Shown here: positions 29,419-40,700 of the stretch, piece after piece
How positions within the stretch are numbered: the stretch's first letter is position 1
Layout of the letters: each line of letters starts with the position of its first letter
Assembly: GCA_963758445.1 (NCBI GenBank)
Contig: CAVWVR010000005.1
Location: 21,414 to 85,413 of the forward strand
Direction of reading: 5' to 3'
DNA: 64,000 bases
Origin: Terriglobia bacterium
GTDB taxonomy: Bacteria; Acidobacteriota; Terriglobia; Bryobacterales; Bryobacteraceae
Notes under the pieces: generated by a model
Seen by the model: the letters and a program-made list of their open reading frames with translations, nothing else
Database searches by the model: none
Told to the model about the DNA's origin: nothing
Translations under genes and position numbers: made by a program

Positions 29419-31413
29419 ATGTTCAGATCGTGCCTTACGTTCAGCCTCGTTTTAGGCCTTGCCTTCACGGGCGCGTACGCGCAGCAGCGCCCGGCACCCG
29501 ACCCCAAGCTAGTGGAAAAGCGCAATTCCATCGAGAAGGAACTCGAAGACGTCGCCATCATCGATCGCAAGGTGATGGTTCCTATGCGCGACGGCAAGCG
29601 CATGGCCGCTGATATCTATCGCCCGAAGGACACCTCGAAGAAGTACCCCATCATCTTCGTTCGCACGCCCTACAACTTCAACTTCTGGGACGTGCGGCTC
29701 GGCGCGCCGCGTGACATGAGCGCTGAACTCGATGCGGTCAAACGCGGCTATGCCTACGTCGAAATGAATGAGCGCGGTCACTTCTTCTCCGAAGGCAATT
29801 ACGACATCCTCGGCGCTCCGCTCTCTGACGGCGATGACGAATTCACCTGGATGTCGACGCAGCCCTGGTCGAACGGCAAGGTTGGCGCCATTGGCTGTTC
29901 CTCCACCGCCGAATGGCAGCTCGGCGTCGCAGCGCTCGGCAATCCCGCATTTGCGGCCATGATTCCGCAGGGATTCGGTGCCGGTGTCGGCCGCGTGCAT
30001 CCCTATTTCGAACAAGGTAACTGGTATCGCGGCGGCGCCGTGCAGATGCTCTTCATCGATTGGCTCTACGGCGAGCAGAACACCTTCCGGCCCACGTTTT
30101 CGCGCGACACAACGCAAGACGAACTCATTCGTGTCTCTAAATCGTTTGACCTTGCTCAGCAGCTTCCGCCAGTGGATTGGTCCAAAGCGTTCTGGCATTT
30201 GCCTGAAATGGACCTCATCAAGGCGGTCGATGGTCCGCACGGGATTTTCGCGGATTACGAGCCGGTCCCCACCGGCGGCGCCATGATCAAGCGCACGCCC
30301 AACGATCCGGCCTGGTACAAAGGCGGCCTCTGGCATGACGACAAGACCATCAATGTCCCCGGCTTCTGGTTCATGTCCTGGTATGACGTTTCAGTCGGCC
30401 CCAATCTGGCAGCCTACAATTTCGTGCGTAAGACTGCCAAGCCCGATATTGCCGATCATCAATACGCCGTCATTGCTCCCACGCTCCACTGCAGCTACAA
30501 GCGCGCAACGGAGAACACCAAAGTCGGAGATCGTGTAATGGGCGACGCCCGTCTTGACTATGATGCGCTGACTTACGGCTGGTTCGATCATTTCCTGAAA
30601 GGCGAAGATAACAGCATTCTCGAAAAAATGCCGCGCGTTCGTTACTTCACCATGGGTCTGAATAAGTGGCAAGCTGCGGACACTTGGCCGCCGGAAGGCG
30701 CGGAACCGATGACGATGTTTCTCACCAGCGCCGGGAAAGCAAATACTCTGCATGGCGACGGAACGCTAAATAGCGCGCCGGCATCAAACGACGCGCCGGA
30801 CAATTTCACTTACGATCCAATGAAGCCCGTCCCATCCTACGGCGGCAACGTTTGCTGTGAAGGGAATGCGCTCACAGGCGGTTCGTTCGATCAGCGCAAA
30901 GGGGAAGAGCGCGAAGACATCCTTGTCTATACGTCTGTACCGTTCAAGCAGGATACCGAAGCGAGCGGGCCCATTGACGTGACCCTGTATGTCTCTTCAG
31001 ACGCCAAGGACACCGATTTCACCGTTAAGGTGATCGACGTCTACCCCGACGGGACTGCTTATAACCTCGACGAAACCATCCAGCGGCTCCGCTACCGCGA
31101 TGGTTACGACAAGCCGCTCGTCTGGATGGAGCCCGCTAAAGTCTACAAAGTCGCTTTCCAGCCGATGACGACCAGCAATTACTTCGCCGCCGGGCACCGG
31201 CTTCGAATTGAGGTTTCCAGTAGTAACTTCCCGCGTTTTGACCGTAACTTGAACACCGGCGGCAATAACTATGACGAAGTAACTGGCGTTGTCGCTCACA
31301 ACTCTGTGCATCACTCGCAGCAATATCCGTCACAGATCACGCTAACAGTCGTAAAACACTCGCCCGAAACGAAATCAGCCAAGAGCTTCGGACTCATGTC
31401 CTCCACGAAATAA
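29419..31413 (+). CDS. CocE/NonD-family alpha/beta hydrolase (Xaa-Pro dipeptidyl-peptidase S15-like)
   Basis: Signal peptide. The N-terminal half is an alpha/beta-hydrolase and the C-terminal half a beta-sandwich. Typical CocE/NonD length and sequence ([19 protein letters not shown]...). Confidence 0.8.
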   Translation: MFRSCLTFSLVLGLAFTGAYAQQRPAPDPKLVEKRNSIEKELEDVAIIDRKVMVPMRDGKRMAADIYRPKDTSKKYPIIFVRTPYNFNFWDVRLGAPRDMSAELDAVKRGYAYVEMNERGHFFSEGNYDILGAPLSDGDDEFTWMSTQPWSNGKVGAIGCSSTAEWQLGVAALGNPAFAAMIPQGFGAGVGRVHPYFEQGNWYRGGAVQMLFIDWLYGEQNTFRPTFSRDTTQDELIRVSKSFDLAQQLPPVDWSKAFWHLPEMDLIKAVDGPHGIFADYEPVPTGGAMIKRTPNDPAWYKGGLWHDDKTINVPGFWFMSWYDVSVGPNLAAYNFVRKTAKPDIADHQYAVIAPTLHCSYKRATENTKVGDRVMGDARLDYDALTYGWFDHFLKGEDNSILEKMPRVRYFTMGLNKWQAADTWPPEGAEPMTMFLTSAGKANTLHGDGTLNSAPASNDAPDNFTYDPMKPVPSYGGNVCCEGNALTGGSFDQRKGEEREDILVYTSVPFKQDTEASGPIDVTLYVSSDAKDTDFTVKVIDVYPDGTAYNLDETIQRLRYRDGYDKPLVWMEPAKVYKVAFQPMTTSNYFAAGHRLRIEVSSSNFPRFDRNLNTGGNNYDEVTGVVAHNSVHHSQQYPSQITLTVVKHSPETKSAKSFGLMSSTK

Positions 31414-31432
31414 GAAGCACCCGGCCGGGCGC

Positions 31433-32587
31433 CTACTTCACGCTGGCCGGGACCTTCAAGTGAATTAAGTTATCGAGCAAGCCCTCGAAGCCGCCCGTGA
31501 CAGTAAGACGCTCGACCTTTTCGACGAGCTTCTCCAGCGTCTCTAGCTCCTTCAAGCGCACAAGAATCGGGTTGTCCTCGAGCAATTTCGCCGTGTTCAA
31601 CAGCGAACGCGTCGCGGCCGTCTCCTCGCGCCGGCGAATCAGGTTCGCCTGCGCCTGCTTCTCTGCGGACACCACCTGGTTCATGATCTCCCGCATGTCA
31701 CCAGGCAAAACGATATCCTTCAATGCGATGGCGCCAACTTGCACGCCCAACGCGGCCATCTCGCTGCGCACACTGGAAGCGGTGCTTGCATCCACCTCCG
31801 TCTTCTCCGCGAGAATTTCTTCGAGCGTCTTCTTGCCGAGTGCCTGACGCATGCTCAGCTGCAGCAAACGATAAAAATAACCCTCGAAGTTGGTGATCGT
31901 CTGCTTCAACTTGGCCGCGTCACTTACTTGGTATTCCGCCACGATGTTCACGCGCAAAGAGACCTTATCGCGAGACAAAATCTCCTGGCCGGGCACCTCA
32001 AGCGTCTGGCGCCGCAGATCGACAATTTCAATCCTCGGACTGCCAATCACTGCCCAGAACGCATGCTTCCCAGGCGGAAGGGTTCTCATCAACCGATTGT
32101 CGAGCAAGAGCAAACCCGTCTTCCCTTCCTCGACAAGAGTAAAAGTGGCGAACGACTCCCGCCCCAATCGCTCGAGCGCAGCAAGCTTCTCGAACGGAAT
32201 GGTCGGCTCGGCGATGACATCGACGATCTCTGCCGTCACCTCCACCAACCCGCGCCAGAAAAGCACTCGCTTCGCCGGCGTCAGCACCTTGTACAGCTTG
32301 CCGTCAGCGTACACCATGCCAACCTGCACGTCGTTCGTCTCAACCAGCGTGAAGTGGCGCTCCGTCACATCGGGCCGCTCCTTTACCAGGTAATCGGTCC
32401 AAGTGCTCTGAAACACGAGATCACGCACGTTGAACTTCTCCAACTGCAAAGACACTCCGGGCCCAGTGAAGACCCGATGCGTGCCCGGCATCAGGATCCC
32501 GACAAAACGCCCGTTCTTTATTACCAGGACTCGCTCCTGATCGCCAACTACAATTCGCTTCCAAAACATACGTGTATCTCCTTTCAA
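31433..32587 (-). CDS. SPFH/Band-7 domain protein (stomatin/prohibitin-like)
   Basis: 384 aa. The C-terminal half has SPFH-family sequence (...AALGVQVGAIALKDIVLPGDMREIMNQVVSAEKQAQANLIRRREE...). Confidence 0.75.
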   Translation of the reverse strand: MKGDTRMFWKRIVVGDQERVLVIKNGRFVGILMPGTHRVFTGPGVSLQLEKFNVRDLVFQSTWTDYLVKERPDVTERHFTLVETNDVQVGMVYADGKLYKVLTPAKRVLFWRGLVEVTAEIVDVIAEPTIPFEKLAALERLGRESFATFTLVEEGKTGLLLLDNRLMRTLPPGKHAFWAVIGSPRIEIVDLRRQTLEVPGQEILSRDKVSLRVNIVAEYQVSDAAKLKQTITNFEGYFYRLLQLSMRQALGKKTLEEILAEKTEVDASTASSVRSEMAALGVQVGAIALKDIVLPGDMREIMNQVVSAEKQAQANLIRRREETAATRSLLNTAKLLEDNPILVRLKELETLEKLVEKVERLTVTGGFEGLLDNLIHLKVPASVK

Positions 32588-32802
32588 AGAGTAAAATGCT
32601 TGTTACTAAGTTCCGTTACTAACTCAACGCCCACAGATTCGTTGCGGAGAAGAATCAGAGTCCGATGCCCCAAGTAAACACACACTTGGGAGGATCGGAC
32701 GGTTTCAATTCCCTGCAGAGCAAGAAATCCGCTGCGATCGATCCGGATCTGAAGAGCCGAAAACGATTGCGGAGCTATGAGTTAGAAACGGATTGTTAAG
32801 TG

Positions 32803-32875
32803 AGTCGATAGCGGGAGTCGAACCCGCGAATCCACAGAGCCCGAGTCTGTTGCTCTACCACTGAGCTATATCGTC
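32803..32875 (-). tRNA. tRNA-Pro (anticodon CGG)
   Basis: Manual fold of the minus-strand sequence GACGATA-TA-GCTC-AGTGGTA-GAGC-A-ACAGA-CTCGGGC-TCTGT-GGATTC-GCGGG-TTCGACT-CCCGC-TATCGAC-T. Cloverleaf with anticodon CGG, U33 and G37. There is one A-A mismatch at acceptor pair 2-71. No CCA is encoded. Confidence 0.8.
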
Positions 32876-33045
32876 GAGGCAGTAGGTGACTGGCCGCACG
32901 CCCGTATGCAGTACTTCAGCGAAGCTGCACGGGCGAGGCTTCGAAATCCCCGTCCTTTGGCATGTGGTCAACATTCGAATCACCTTCCGAGTTTAGAGTG
33001 TAAACAGAAGCGCAAAGTAAGTCAAGTACCCGGAACAAATTTTAA

Positions 33046-34431
33046 TCACTTAGTCGGACTTACTCGAAAGAGCGCGGATGCGTGGGCGCGCAGACTAACG
33101 TGCAGAGTGTCACTATTTCCTAGATCTTTCTTTTCCCAAAGATCGCGAACCGCGAACGCTACGCTCGGCAAACCTAGCGACTGCAATGGGTAATCCACCG
33201 TTTGCGCGCCATCCGCCGTATTGAAAACCGCCACGTAAGCTGAGCCGCGCTCGCCCCGTGCAACCCACACAACCTTTCCCGCATCATCCAGGACCTGTCG
33301 CCCGCCCATAGAATGTTGATCAACCGCAATGACCTCGTCATTCGTCAACAACGCAAGCGTGCCACTGTCCAAGCGTGTCAGATTAGCGCCGATAACCAGC
33401 GGCGAACGGAAGATGCACCACAACGTCATGAGCGTGCGTGCCTCATCGGATGTCAGGGCGCTCTCCCGCGCTTTTCCGAAACCCGGCCGCGGTCCCAGAT
33501 ATCCCAGGGGCAACATGTCCGCGTCCGGCCAATTCCCTGTTCCCACTAATGGCGCCCATCTTGCGGCCATTCCAAACTGCGCCAGCACTCCCTGCGACCA
33601 GTCCGCCTTGGGCCACTGCGCCCAGTGATCCCAAACATCATTGGAAATTCGCCACATCTGCGCGTACTTGCGGAGTTCGTCAATTTGGTTAATCGGAGTC
33701 GGCCCGGGCGAAAGGCTCAACACAATCCGCCGTTTCGTCTTGCGCAGCGCCTCGCTGAACATCCGGATCTCATCGCCTTTGTACGGCGATGAAATGCAAT
33801 CTATCTTTACCAGGTCTACGCCCCAGCTTGCATACAGCGCGGCAACCGAGTCGTAATAGGCTTGGCCTGCAGCATTCGCAGCTACGCCGTAATTATCGGC
33901 ATTCCAACTACACGTATCACCCTTGTTCGCCGCTTCTGCAGCGTGAAACCGCGACCCGGCAATCGGCAAGTTCTTCGCTACCGCCTCTCGCGGGATACCG
34001 CGCACAATGTGGATTCCGAAAAGCAGCTGTCTGCTGTGAATCTCCTGGGCGAGCTTTGAAAACCCGGCGTTTCCGTCAGCCGAAGGAAAACGATTTAGCG
34101 CCGGCGTGTTTCGCCCGTAGCCGTCCATCGTGTACTCGAACGTGCCCGGCTTCGCTTCAGGGTTCTGCAGAAACCAACCCTCATCCACCACCGCGTATTG
34201 CCATCCATGCGCCCGTAGATTCGCAACCATGGAGTCGGCGTTCGCCAGAAATTCTTGCTGAGTGACACTTAGCCCGTATGCGTCCCAACTGTTCCAGCCC
34301 ATCGGCGGAGTCGGCGCAATCAATGGTCCAGTTTGCCCGAACCCAGCGCTTACCTTGAGTAAAAAGAGTGAACAACAGAAGATTCGGCTAAACATTCGAA
34401 CGCAGTCTATCGCAAACATACAAAATCTCAT
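33046..34431 (-). CDS. Alpha-galactosidase, glycoside hydrolase family 27
   Basis: Signal peptide. PPMGWNSWDAYG and DEGWF motifs and GVDLVKIDC are characteristic of GH27 alpha-galactosidases. The true start may be the internal ATG near 34395. Confidence 0.85.
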   Translation of the reverse strand: MRFCMFAIDCVRMFSRIFCCSLFLLKVSAGFGQTGPLIAPTPPMGWNSWDAYGLSVTQQEFLANADSMVANLRAHGWQYAVVDEGWFLQNPEAKPGTFEYTMDGYGRNTPALNRFPSADGNAGFSKLAQEIHSRQLLFGIHIVRGIPREAVAKNLPIAGSRFHAAEAANKGDTCSWNADNYGVAANAAGQAYYDSVAALYASWGVDLVKIDCISSPYKGDEIRMFSEALRKTKRRIVLSLSPGPTPINQIDELRKYAQMWRISNDVWDHWAQWPKADWSQGVLAQFGMAARWAPLVGTGNWPDADMLPLGYLGPRPGFGKARESALTSDEARTLMTLWCIFRSPLVIGANLTRLDSGTLALLTNDEVIAVDQHSMGGRQVLDDAGKVVWVARGERGSAYVAVFNTADGAQTVDYPLQSLGLPSVAFAVRDLWEKKDLGNSDTLHVSLRAHASALFRVSPTK

Positions 34432-34483
34432 AGCCGTACCGATCCTTCACCTGCTAAAAATAGTTTCGACAAGGACAGAAGCC

Positions 34484-35326
34484 ATGCCATGCGATCCCGA
34501 TCTCCTCAAAAATGTACCCATCTTTGCGTTACTGGACGATGACGAACTCGCCGTGTTGGCAAGCCAGGTGGAGCACAAGACCTTTGCTCCCCGCCAGCGA
34601 ATCTACAAAATGAATGACACCAATGGCCAGGCGTATATTCTCCTAGCCGGGCTTGTGCATGTCACTACGGTTGACGAAGATCAGCAGGAAGTCATCGTGG
34701 ATCAACCAGCCGCCGGCGAGTTCTTTGGCTTCGCCTCCATGCTTGACCAAACGCCGCATCAGACAAACGCAACCGCCCTGGATAAGTGTGAATGCATCGA
34801 GGTCGATCGAAACGATATCTCGGTGCTGTTGCAGCGCAAGCCGCTAGCCGGCATGGATCTGCTCGCGGTGCTAGGCCGTCAGTTTCATGCGGCGCAGCAA
34901 CTCGTCCGCATTCGCGCCCGGCGCAACCCGAACGAGGTCATCGAAGAAGAAGCAACCTTTGGTAATCGCGTGGCCGACCGGGTCGCAGGTTTCGGTGGTT
35001 CGTGGACGTTCATCATAAACTTTCTGGTTGCAATAGCAATTTACTCGATCATCAACATTGTGTTAGGCAGGAATGCGTGGGATCCGTACCCGTTCATCCT
35101 GCTGAACCTTTTTCTCTCCATGCTGGCTGCCGTCCAGGCGCCCGTCATCATGATGAGCCAGAACCGGCAGGATCAGAAAGACCGGCTCCGTAGCGAACTC
35201 GATTATGATGTGAATCGCCGCGCCGAGTCGGAGATTCAAGGCTTAGCGCGCAAGCTGAATCTGGTAACCGACAAGCTCGATGATTTAGAAGGATTGCTCA
35301 GAGAAAAGCGGCAGCTGGAAGCATGA
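34484..35326 (+). CDS. Cyclic-nucleotide-binding domain protein fused to a DUF1003-type membrane domain
   Basis: N-terminal cNMP-binding fold (FFGFASML, a glycine-rich phosphate-binding-cassette-like region). The C-terminal half has two TM helices and a charged coiled-coil tail. Start chosen at internal ATG 34484. Confidence 0.65.
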   Translation: MPCDPDLLKNVPIFALLDDDELAVLASQVEHKTFAPRQRIYKMNDTNGQAYILLAGLVHVTTVDEDQQEVIVDQPAAGEFFGFASMLDQTPHQTNATALDKCECIEVDRNDISVLLQRKPLAGMDLLAVLGRQFHAAQQLVRIRARRNPNEVIEEEATFGNRVADRVAGFGGSWTFIINFLVAIAIYSIINIVLGRNAWDPYPFILLNLFLSMLAAVQAPVIMMSQNRQDQKDRLRSELDYDVNRRAESEIQGLARKLNLVTDKLDDLEGLLREKRQLEA

Positions 35327-35382
35327 CGTTGCGCCACGCGCCGCGAATTACTTACAAGTAAGCCGTGGAAGGAACAGCTCGG

Positions 35383-37563
35383 TTATCGGCATTCATCGGG
35401 ACCAGCGATTGCGGCCCACTGCCCCCAAGCCGTGCCTGTATCCGAAGCTGTCACTCGGACCCGTTCTGTTGCCGGCGGGATCGCAATGCGCCAGAAACTC
35501 CATCGCGTGGCGTCATCCTCCATCGGAGCCGTGGCAATCACTTGGCTTGACTTGTCATCAGTCAGCGTTACCGAAAGACCATCCACGCGCGGGCCGTGCA
35601 AAACCGGCAGGATTATGCAGTGATTCGCCGGGATTGAAAACACCGAAGATTGCCACTGCCCGGTGTCCCGGTCGGAGCCGCCCCAACTGCTGTATATTGG
35701 CCCGGCGGGCAATTCGCCTGAAATCACAACTGGAAAACGCGCTTCAGTCCACGGCCCTGAGCCCGACCACGTCAACCCGGCGAGTGCCGGACCTGCGTCC
35801 TTGAGGCTTACAGGAGCAGTGTCTGGAAGTGGAATATTTTCAGCCAGCGGGAACAGACCTCCGCCCGCATCGGCAATATATACGGATAGCTTCTGAACTG
35901 AATACCGGAGGTTCACAAAACCCACCCACCCTAAGGACGGAGGCACGTTGTGCGCCGGTATATCTCGCGGAAACCCCGCCGGAAATCTTTCACCAAGTCC
36001 GACAATCTGACCTTGTTCGTTCGCCAGTATGACCCACCTGTATGTGCGCTGTAAGTTGCTCGGATCCGCCCAACCCGCAACTTCGACGCCCGAGGCCACT
36101 GGGTACATGAATGCGACTGCTCCTGGCATGTGTGCGGTCGAAACGGAAGCATAGCCTCTCACGCTCTTACCTAACCACCGCCCCAGGTATTTGTAGTAAA
36201 TGGAAAGTTTATTTTCCTGCAATTGCCGGTCATACACTCTCACGAACTCAAATGATGGAAATATCATTCGCACCAGAGTGTCGTCCATTAGTCCATTCTG
36301 CAGGCTGAGTGCTACCATTTGGTACTTCGCAAAGTAAGTTGCGTCATCCGCAAGCCAAGGCTGCAAACTGCTAAGTCCGAGCGCCAATACGCCTGCAACA
36401 AACGCGGCAAACACGGGAACTAGCTTGCCAAGACGCGCTCCCAACTCGAATACCCAGAAATAAATCAGAATTGTGACTCCCCAATTCAATAGAGGTATCG
36501 TCAGGTATCGAGGAGCCAATGCCGCCCCCACTCTCGGATCGCTCGGATCCATTCTCCCTGCCGCAGTGATTACGATCGTGGAAAGTGTAAACGCATAGGT
36601 CCCGAAGAAGACCAGAGCGGGGCGAGCGGAAAGCATGCCTCGGCGCCAGGCAATTGTGCCTGCAGTAACTACGCTGAAACAGTTGAACCAGCCAATACAG
36701 ATTCCCATGGTCGGCACTGTCATTTCGGGATAATTGGTTATCTCTGTAAATGGCATTCCGAGATACGCGCCAAGGAATTCAAGGAAGTAGATTGGGTTTG
36801 AAGTCAAGTAAGATAGATGAGTCTCTTTCGAAAACTTATAACCAATGAAGTAAGTTCCACCAATAATAATCGCGGAGGCAATCAGAATCGCTACATCGCT
36901 TGGCTTAACGCGCATCAGTAGCGCTCCGCCTATCAAAATAGGCCAGACCGAGAGGCCATTACCGGAAGAATACGTCGCTACAGATGCGGCGACAATCGCG
37001 TAGGCTAAGTGCTTCTTGTGGCCGCTTTGCGTAAACAGTGCAAGAAAAGACAGCGCGCATACTACCGAAAGTTGTGCCAGCGTCCACTGCATCAAAAACG
37101 GAGTAGCCAGAACCGTGGCGCTTCCCTGCCAGAAGACCACAACGGCGGCTAACAAAATAGCAAGGACTCTGGTGTAGGCGGCAGTCCTCTTTTCTGACCA
37201 GAAGTTCGCCGCAAGCACCGCAAAGGCCAAGCCGTAGGAAAAAAAACTCACCATGATGGGGAGCGTTTGTCGGCCATGCAGCATCAACATGTCCAGTGCA
37301 AAGATGATTTCCGGAAAAATGATCCGGTGCTCATTGTGCTGTCGCCACAAGGCCGGAAGATACAAGTGTTGATAGGCGCCAAGATTTTCTACCGTGCGCC
37401 AGTAATCCCAAACAGGCAATGCACAGTAATAATGGACTATCCGCTCTACTGTTTGAACTCCGCTTAGCACCGCCCAAACAGCCAACACGAAGAGCAACAG
37501 CGCAAGGACATGCCCGCGCAGTTTCTCAAATGGAGCAGAAATCTGATGCTCGTTATTCATCAT
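35383..37563 (-). CDS. Large polytopic membrane protein with a C-terminal soluble domain (possible GT-C-type glycosyltransferase; unassigned)
   Basis: 726 aa. About 12-14 TM helices in the N-terminal 430 aa, followed by a 300-aa periplasmic-like domain. No diagnostic motif recognised. Confidence 0.45.
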   Translation of the reverse strand: MMNNEHQISAPFEKLRGHVLALLLFVLAVWAVLSGVQTVERIVHYYCALPVWDYWRTVENLGAYQHLYLPALWRQHNEHRIIFPEIIFALDMLMLHGRQTLPIMVSFFSYGLAFAVLAANFWSEKRTAAYTRVLAILLAAVVVFWQGSATVLATPFLMQWTLAQLSVVCALSFLALFTQSGHKKHLAYAIVAASVATYSSGNGLSVWPILIGGALLMRVKPSDVAILIASAIIIGGTYFIGYKFSKETHLSYLTSNPIYFLEFLGAYLGMPFTEITNYPEMTVPTMGICIGWFNCFSVVTAGTIAWRRGMLSARPALVFFGTYAFTLSTIVITAAGRMDPSDPRVGAALAPRYLTIPLLNWGVTILIYFWVFELGARLGKLVPVFAAFVAGVLALGLSSLQPWLADDATYFAKYQMVALSLQNGLMDDTLVRMIFPSFEFVRVYDRQLQENKLSIYYKYLGRWLGKSVRGYASVSTAHMPGAVAFMYPVASGVEVAGWADPSNLQRTYRWVILANEQGQIVGLGERFPAGFPRDIPAHNVPPSLGWVGFVNLRYSVQKLSVYIADAGGGLFPLAENIPLPDTAPVSLKDAGPALAGLTWSGSGPWTEARFPVVISGELPAGPIYSSWGGSDRDTGQWQSSVFSIPANHCIILPVLHGPRVDGLSVTLTDDKSSQVIATAPMEDDATRWSFWRIAIPPATERVRVTASDTGTAWGQWAAIAGPDECR

Positions 37564-37703
37564 TAGGGAGAAAGCGTGACAAGATTAGCCACGCTGGCCT
37601 TTATCGCCGAACGAGAAGTTTAGCACCGCTTTGATCGGCAGACAATTCGCCGAGCAATCCCCGGGTGAGCGATAGTTGTAAACGCGCGCCGCGCTAAGTC
37701 AGC

Positions 37704-40700
37704 CTATGGATGCGGCACTAACTGCCAGACCTGGTTAGGTCCACCAAGGTAGTCGTACTGCTGAATGAGCGTTCCATCCGTGCCCGAACCGCCGGTAACA
37801 TCCAGAACGCGGCCGGTGAACTTATTCACGATCGAATAGTATCCATCCACGCCGGTCGGCACAAACGCCCACTTTTGATTGTCTCCGCCCACATAATCAT
37901 ACTGCTGAACATTCGTACCGTTGGCGACATTTGAGTCGACGACATCCAGCACCAGGCCGCTGTGGATGTTCACAATCTCGTAATAGGTGCTGTCAACCGG
38001 AATCAGTTGCCAAAGTTGGTTCGCTCCGCCCAGGTAGTCCCACTCCTGAATGAGCGTCCCGTCTTGAGTAGAAGCACCCGTAACGTCAAGCACTTTTCCC
38101 GTTTCGAAATTCACGATACTGTACTTCTGTGTCGGTATCAGCGCCCAATTCTGGTTCGCGTCCCCCGCCGCCTGATATTGCTGCACGAGCGTGCCGTTCT
38201 GAGTGGCGCCTCCCGTATCATCCAGAAGCAAACCGCTATTCACATTTGTGATTGTGTAAAAACCACTCACGCTTGGCGTCAGAATCCACTGTTGATTGGG
38301 ATTACCCAGGTAAGACCATTGCTGAATCGTAGTACCGTTAACAGTGGACTCGCCGGTAACATCCAATGCCAACCCGCTGTTCAGATTCATAATCACGTAG
38401 TAACCGCCAGGAATGGGCACCAACGCCCACTTCTGATTGTTTGCGCCCAAATTGTCGTATAGCTGAATCGGGGCGCCGTTCGAAATAGAACCGTTCGTCA
38501 CGTCCAATACTCGTCCACTCTGCTGATTTGCGATTTCGTAAACCGCTCCACTGACCCCAGTGAGCGCAACTGTTTGCGATGCGCCGTCTACATTGTCAGA
38601 GATGAGAAGCGTAGCCGTCTCCATGGCCGTCGTGCTCGGCATGTAGGTGACCGTAATCGTGCAGCTCTTGGAGATAACGCCTTGACAATTGTTCGTGAAG
38701 CTGAAGTCCGAAGCGTTCGGCCCCATTATGGAAACCCTATTGATTATCAGCAACACGCTGTTGGGATTTGAGACCGTAATCGTGCCCGATTGACTAGGCG
38801 ACCCGTTAGCCGCATTGAGAACCAGGTTCGTGGGATTAAGCAGCATAGCCGCCGTCGTTAGACCGGCCCCGGGCGGCCCGCTCGCAACGTATGCACCTGG
38901 AAGGCCAACCGGAATGGTGGCTGTGTTGCTGATGAATGCATTTTGCGCGATGTAAAGTTGCGTCGTACCATTTACGGGCAGATCGGACGGCACAACCATT
39001 TGGATATTGTAAATTCCGTAACCCGCCTGCACCAACCCCGCGGTGATAACCTCCGCCGTTTCGCTATTCATCGTAGCCGTAACGCTGTTTACAGCCGAAT
39101 TAAGTACCGGGCCGTACCAGGGCTCTCCTGTTGCCACAGTAAGAACATTTGAATTGATATCCTGCACCGTCCCGAGCCCCGTCCCGGACACCGTGATCAG
39201 TTCGCCAGGTACCGCCGGATTACCCGCCGTGATGGGGCTGCCCGGAGTAACTGCGCAGCAGGTGGATGATGTGTAAGCAGTGATGGTGACCGTGGCGCTT
39301 GCGCTGCTGGTACCTGTGATTGGAATGCCGGTTCCTCCCACCCCGCTCTTAATGGCGGTCAGAATGATGCGCTGGAAAGCGCCTCCCAGTGATGCAGTCA
39401 CATTCGCATCCGGCGCGCCGTTGATCATGTTTACTAAGTTCTGTGCGATCGATAAAAGAGTGTCGGTGGATACGACTGTGTACGTGTAAGTTGCGGAACC
39501 GATCGTAATAGTCGCCGTGTTCCCCGCCGTCACCGCCCCGTCCACCGAAACAACAGCCGTCGGATTACCTGGTTGATGATAGGCATTGATCACCGGCCAA
39601 GGCCGCGGCTGACCGGAAAATGCCGGCGAGCTGAACAAGCCGGGATTCGCGGGCGCAATGTACATCGGTGTCGCGTTCGTCACCGTAACCGATCCGTCGT
39701 TGTGTGCCGTTCGCACATAGATACTGGTGCTGTTACGGTCCGTAACTGCGCTGGCTCCAACAGTGGCCGCGTTCTCATCGCTTCCGTTCACGTACGTAAA
39801 TGGAATTTCCGTGATGATTTGCGTGGGCGACACACTTAGAATCGGCGAAGCGTTGCCGTCCATGAAAACCTCAACTCCGCCCAGCGACGTCGGAAGAGCG
39901 CCAGTCAGAGAAGTCGCAGTCGTGTTGTCCGACAAGTTGCTCCCGTCGATTTCTACCAACATGCCGGCCGCACCCGTTCCCGCATTGCCGGCCGCCAGGT
40001 AACTACCCGAAGCTGTAGCCGTTATGTCCGTCGCGCTCGATGTCGAAGCGGCCAACGTGATCGAGTCAAAAGTCAGGTTTATCGCCTTCGAAGCCAGATA
40101 CACACTACCCGTGCCTACGCCCGCGAATAACGCCGTGGCATTTGGATCACCCGCCCCCGAATTTGAGCTATTGATAGCCTTTGTAATTCCCTGCGCGATC
40201 GTATCCAATGTGTCGCTTTTCACGATCGTGTAAGTGTAAGCAGTTCCTAGAATCGTGATGGTGACGGTATCGCCTGCCGTAATCGCCCCTCCGCTGGGCA
40301 ACGTGAACGTAACGATTCCCTCTTGGCGAATGATTTCGCTCGCCCAGTTCACGGCCGCCCTGGGCGGCAGCGGGGTATCGGCCGGCGTATACACGACAAC
40401 GCGGTCGTTGTACGGGTCGCTCACATACAAGTTCGTGCCATCAAAAGCGAGTGAAGTGGGAGAAGAAACAATGTCCACGCCACTGGTGTTGTCCACCAGC
40501 GTGCTGGTGATGCTGATGTTTGTGCTGGTGTCCTGATCGCTGACGAAATCCACTTGCCCCAGAACTTCATCGGCTGCGGCGCCGTCCTGCGTCGGAATCG
40601 TGTTGTAAATCAGCACCCGATCGTTACCGCCGTCGGCAATAAACAGCCGCGTCCCATCGGACAGCGCGTAGCGTGGGAAGTTCAATGTGTTTTGACAGGG

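Noticed and set aside
32588-33045. tRNA-Pro as the anchor of an integrated genomic island
   Set aside because: No integrase or recombinase gene and no direct repeat of the tRNA 3' end were found nearby. Flanking genes (SPFH, GH27) look chromosomal.
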